A stretch of DNA of 64,000 nucleotides. Source: Phoronis australis (lineage: Eukaryota; Animalia; Phoronida). Both the position numbers and the translations under genes were made by a program. The stretch covers positions 1 through 64,000 of the forward strand of contig NMRA01000584.1 in NCBI GenBank assembly GCA_002633005.1, given 5' to 3'. This document shows, piece after piece, positions 61,396 through 64,000 of the stretch. The notes beneath the pieces were generated by a model. The model saw only the letters and a program-made list of their open reading frames with translations, did not search any database and was not told the origin of the DNA. How positions within the stretch are numbered: the first letter of the stretch is position 1; every line of letters begins with the position of its first letter.

Positions 61396-61909
61396 CTATC
61401 AAGAGGGATGAAGCATAAATTAGTGTAACACTCTTTCTCACAAACCTACCTTAGTCATTTGCCAGCTCTCATATCTTTGGCGAGTCTTGTTGTATTGATA
61501 ATCGTTTTCTGAAAATAGAATCTGGTGTTCAATACAGAACTTTTTCCCCATAAATTTTGTCAAAACCTTGGTTATTCAAGACATTCTAGTTGCTACGACA
61601 ACTCATTATTTTATTCACCTTTGTATGTATTTTAAATTTTCCTATTAAGATGATTAAATAACTCTATCTACATTGTATCTACCTGTCTGTCTGTTCGTAT
61701 GTCTGTTTGTATGTCTAACTATCTATATGTACCTACCTATCTATCTATGAGCTGCGCCATTGCAAAGTTATGTGTGCAGAGGCGTATCTACGGGGGGGGG
61801 GGGAGATTCAGAGGGTTTAAACCCCCTGGGACAGGATCAAAAATAAAAAATTAAAGAAAAAAAACGTCGCCAGGGAAACGAAATCAGCTACAAAAACAAA
61901 AAAATCTTA

Positions 61910-62879
61910 CACGGGAGGGGGAAAACCTTGGCGCTATGCGCCTCGGATTCGCTCGGATCCTAACCTCCCCCCCTTACTGAAAACGTAGATCTGCCACTGA
62001 TGCCTCGAAGGAGTTAGTGTGGCCCACAAAGAAGGAAGAGTGAACGTTGCTAGATAGAGCCGTGTGTAAAGAAACGTCACGGTCAGTACTCAACTGTGAC
62101 GTAGGCGATTGTCTAAAGACTAGTGGTTAGTGTTGTCGTGCACTTCGTTTTTATTCACATTTCTGTATGATAACACGATTTGGCCTTCAAGTGGCCATTT
62201 AATTGTTCTGCGTATCGAGAAATTGGGGATATTGTTTATATACTCAAGTCTTCAAGAAAGTAGAAGTACCGGGAAACGTGAGGCTATAGATACTCAATAA
62301 TTATATAGTTTAGGAAGAGGAGAGGTCTTGACACAAATGACCACCTCTTGTCGTTCACACGGCACTCCTATAATTATCGTCTCCTTTCGTGTAGTTATTN
62401 ACGGGAGGGGGAAAACCTTGGCGCTATGCGCCTCGGATCCTAACCTCCCCCCCTTACTGAAAACGTAGATCTGCCACTGATGCCTCGAAGGAGTTAGTGT
62501 GGCCCACAAAGAAGGAAGAGTGAACGTTGCTAGATATAGCCGTGTGTAAAGAAACGTCACGGTCAGTACTCAACTGTGACGTAGGCGATTGTCTAAAGAC
62601 TATTGGTTAGTGTTGTCGTGCACTTCGTTTTTATTCACATTTCTGTATGATAACACGATTTGGCCTTCAAGTGGCCATTTAATTGTTCTGCGTATCGAGA
62701 AATTGGGGATATTGTTTATATACTCAAGTCTTCAAGAAAGTAGAAGTACCGGGAAACGTGAGGCTATAGATACTCAATAATTATATAGTTTAGGAAGAGG
62801 AGAGGTCTTGACACAAATGACCACCTCTTGTCGTTCACACGGCACTCCTATAATTATCGTCTCCTTTCGTGTAGTTATT
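61910..62879. repeat. ~480-bp near-identical tandem duplication around N62400; probable assembly or haplotype artefact
   Basis: Sequence after N62400 restarts at acgggaggggg-aaaaccttgg (61910) and differs only by a 10-bp indel and a few SNPs. Confidence 0.85.
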
Positions 62880-64000
62880 AGATAAAACATTTGTTAGTTC
62901 ACACCTCAGTTATTTATCAAAATCTGTGACACAGAAAATCTGAAGGCCAAACATAGGTACCGATGTTATCACGTGCGTCTGTGAACATGGAGTGGAGCGG
63001 CATCTGGTGTATAAAAACTGGGTTATCTCTTATAGTGCATTGGGGAGTTCGACACAATAATTTCATGGGAATCTAATCGGCCTAAGACGACCACTAAGAT
63101 AAGCTGATACCAGCAGAACAAATGTATAAATTGATAAAATGATCAATTTTATGCTTGAGCCAGTACACAATATGAGATAATGGTTTACGATAAAACAGCT
63201 ATCTTACTAATTACAGGTAAATATTGAAATATTGTTAACAGTTTACAGACAGGTAAAACACCATCGCATGAAACTCGACACCTACACGCTGGTGCCTGTA
63301 AGGCGACCTGGTAACGTTTTGGTCAAGTCAGGAATCTGACAGCCAACTGCCGAGAATCCCGTTACACCTAGATATAATGCTTTCAAGTGCTTTCCTGAAT
63401 GAACTCTTATCATTCTACATTGCATTTTTCGCAATAAACATAAAAAGGATTCCTTTTGATAATCAGTTACATTCTTATGGTTAACGATATTTTAACCTAT
63501 TGTTTCGTGCCATCTTCTGTTGTTATTCAACCACATCATTTTAAGAGGTTTTTTACAATGTAATTGTTTTTCGGACATGTGCGCAAGCCTGCCAACCCTC
63601 TCTGAACAAGTTTGACGACGAACAGACAGACTATGACGCAAAGCAAAAGTCTCATAGAAGCAGTTTTGTTCCAACTAATTATTTTTACTAAATGAATCCA
63701 ATAGATGCCATAATATTCCCATGAAGATACGTTCGATATCTTTCTTTGGGAAACTCTGTGTTCTTGGCTCTTCTTGTAACATATATCGAGAATTATTTTC
63801 ACACATATTTTTTCGTCTTCCAGTCGTTTCACCCAACAGACAGAACTAAACGATACAAAACATTCAGCAGACTCGTTGATGAGCGTTCCGAACTACGGAG
63901 CAGGAAAATCGCAAAGAACTTTACAAATTGCGATTCGTTCATAGATGTCTTATCTTATAAATATTATAACAAGCCGGCGTAGAATGATATTCACTGTTAG

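Noticed and set aside
61910-62879. Tandem duplication in the GATA intron as a real regulatory duplication
   Set aside because: The copies meet at a single N and are almost identical, the same pattern as at N16644; best explained as overlapping contig ends.

Overview
Intron-rich animal (invertebrate-like, probably lophotrochozoan; taxon is inference) genomic DNA with several assembly gaps. I reconstructed five spliced genes by reading exons and splice phases by hand: CCZ1 (-, 3' part runs off the window start), staufen (+, head-to-head with CCZ1), ADRM1/Rpn13 (-, tail-to-tail with staufen), a WS/DGAT wax-ester-synthase-type acyltransferase (-) and a GATA4/5/6 transcription factor (-, 5' part missing). 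Introns and intergenic DNA hold an RTE-type LINE fragment, a Helentron/DINE-1-like element, a Kolobok-like element with a decayed THAP domain, a decayed hAT transposase, several MITE families, palindromes and minisatellites. The best candidate for something new is in ADRM1 intron 3. There, exon 3 reads in frame through its splice donor into about 325 further codons that resemble a DUF4780 (R1/LOA retrotransposon ORF1-like) protein with basic NLS-like repeats. This predicts a ~500-aa Pru-domain/retroelement-ORF1 fusion isoform lacking the UCH37-binding DEUBAD domain. Also notable are a ~140-bp-periodic array of CTCF-like motifs carried by the Helentron-like element, and a staufen-ADRM1-GATA456 linkage that mirrors human 20q13. 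All family assignments come from remembered motifs, not database searches.
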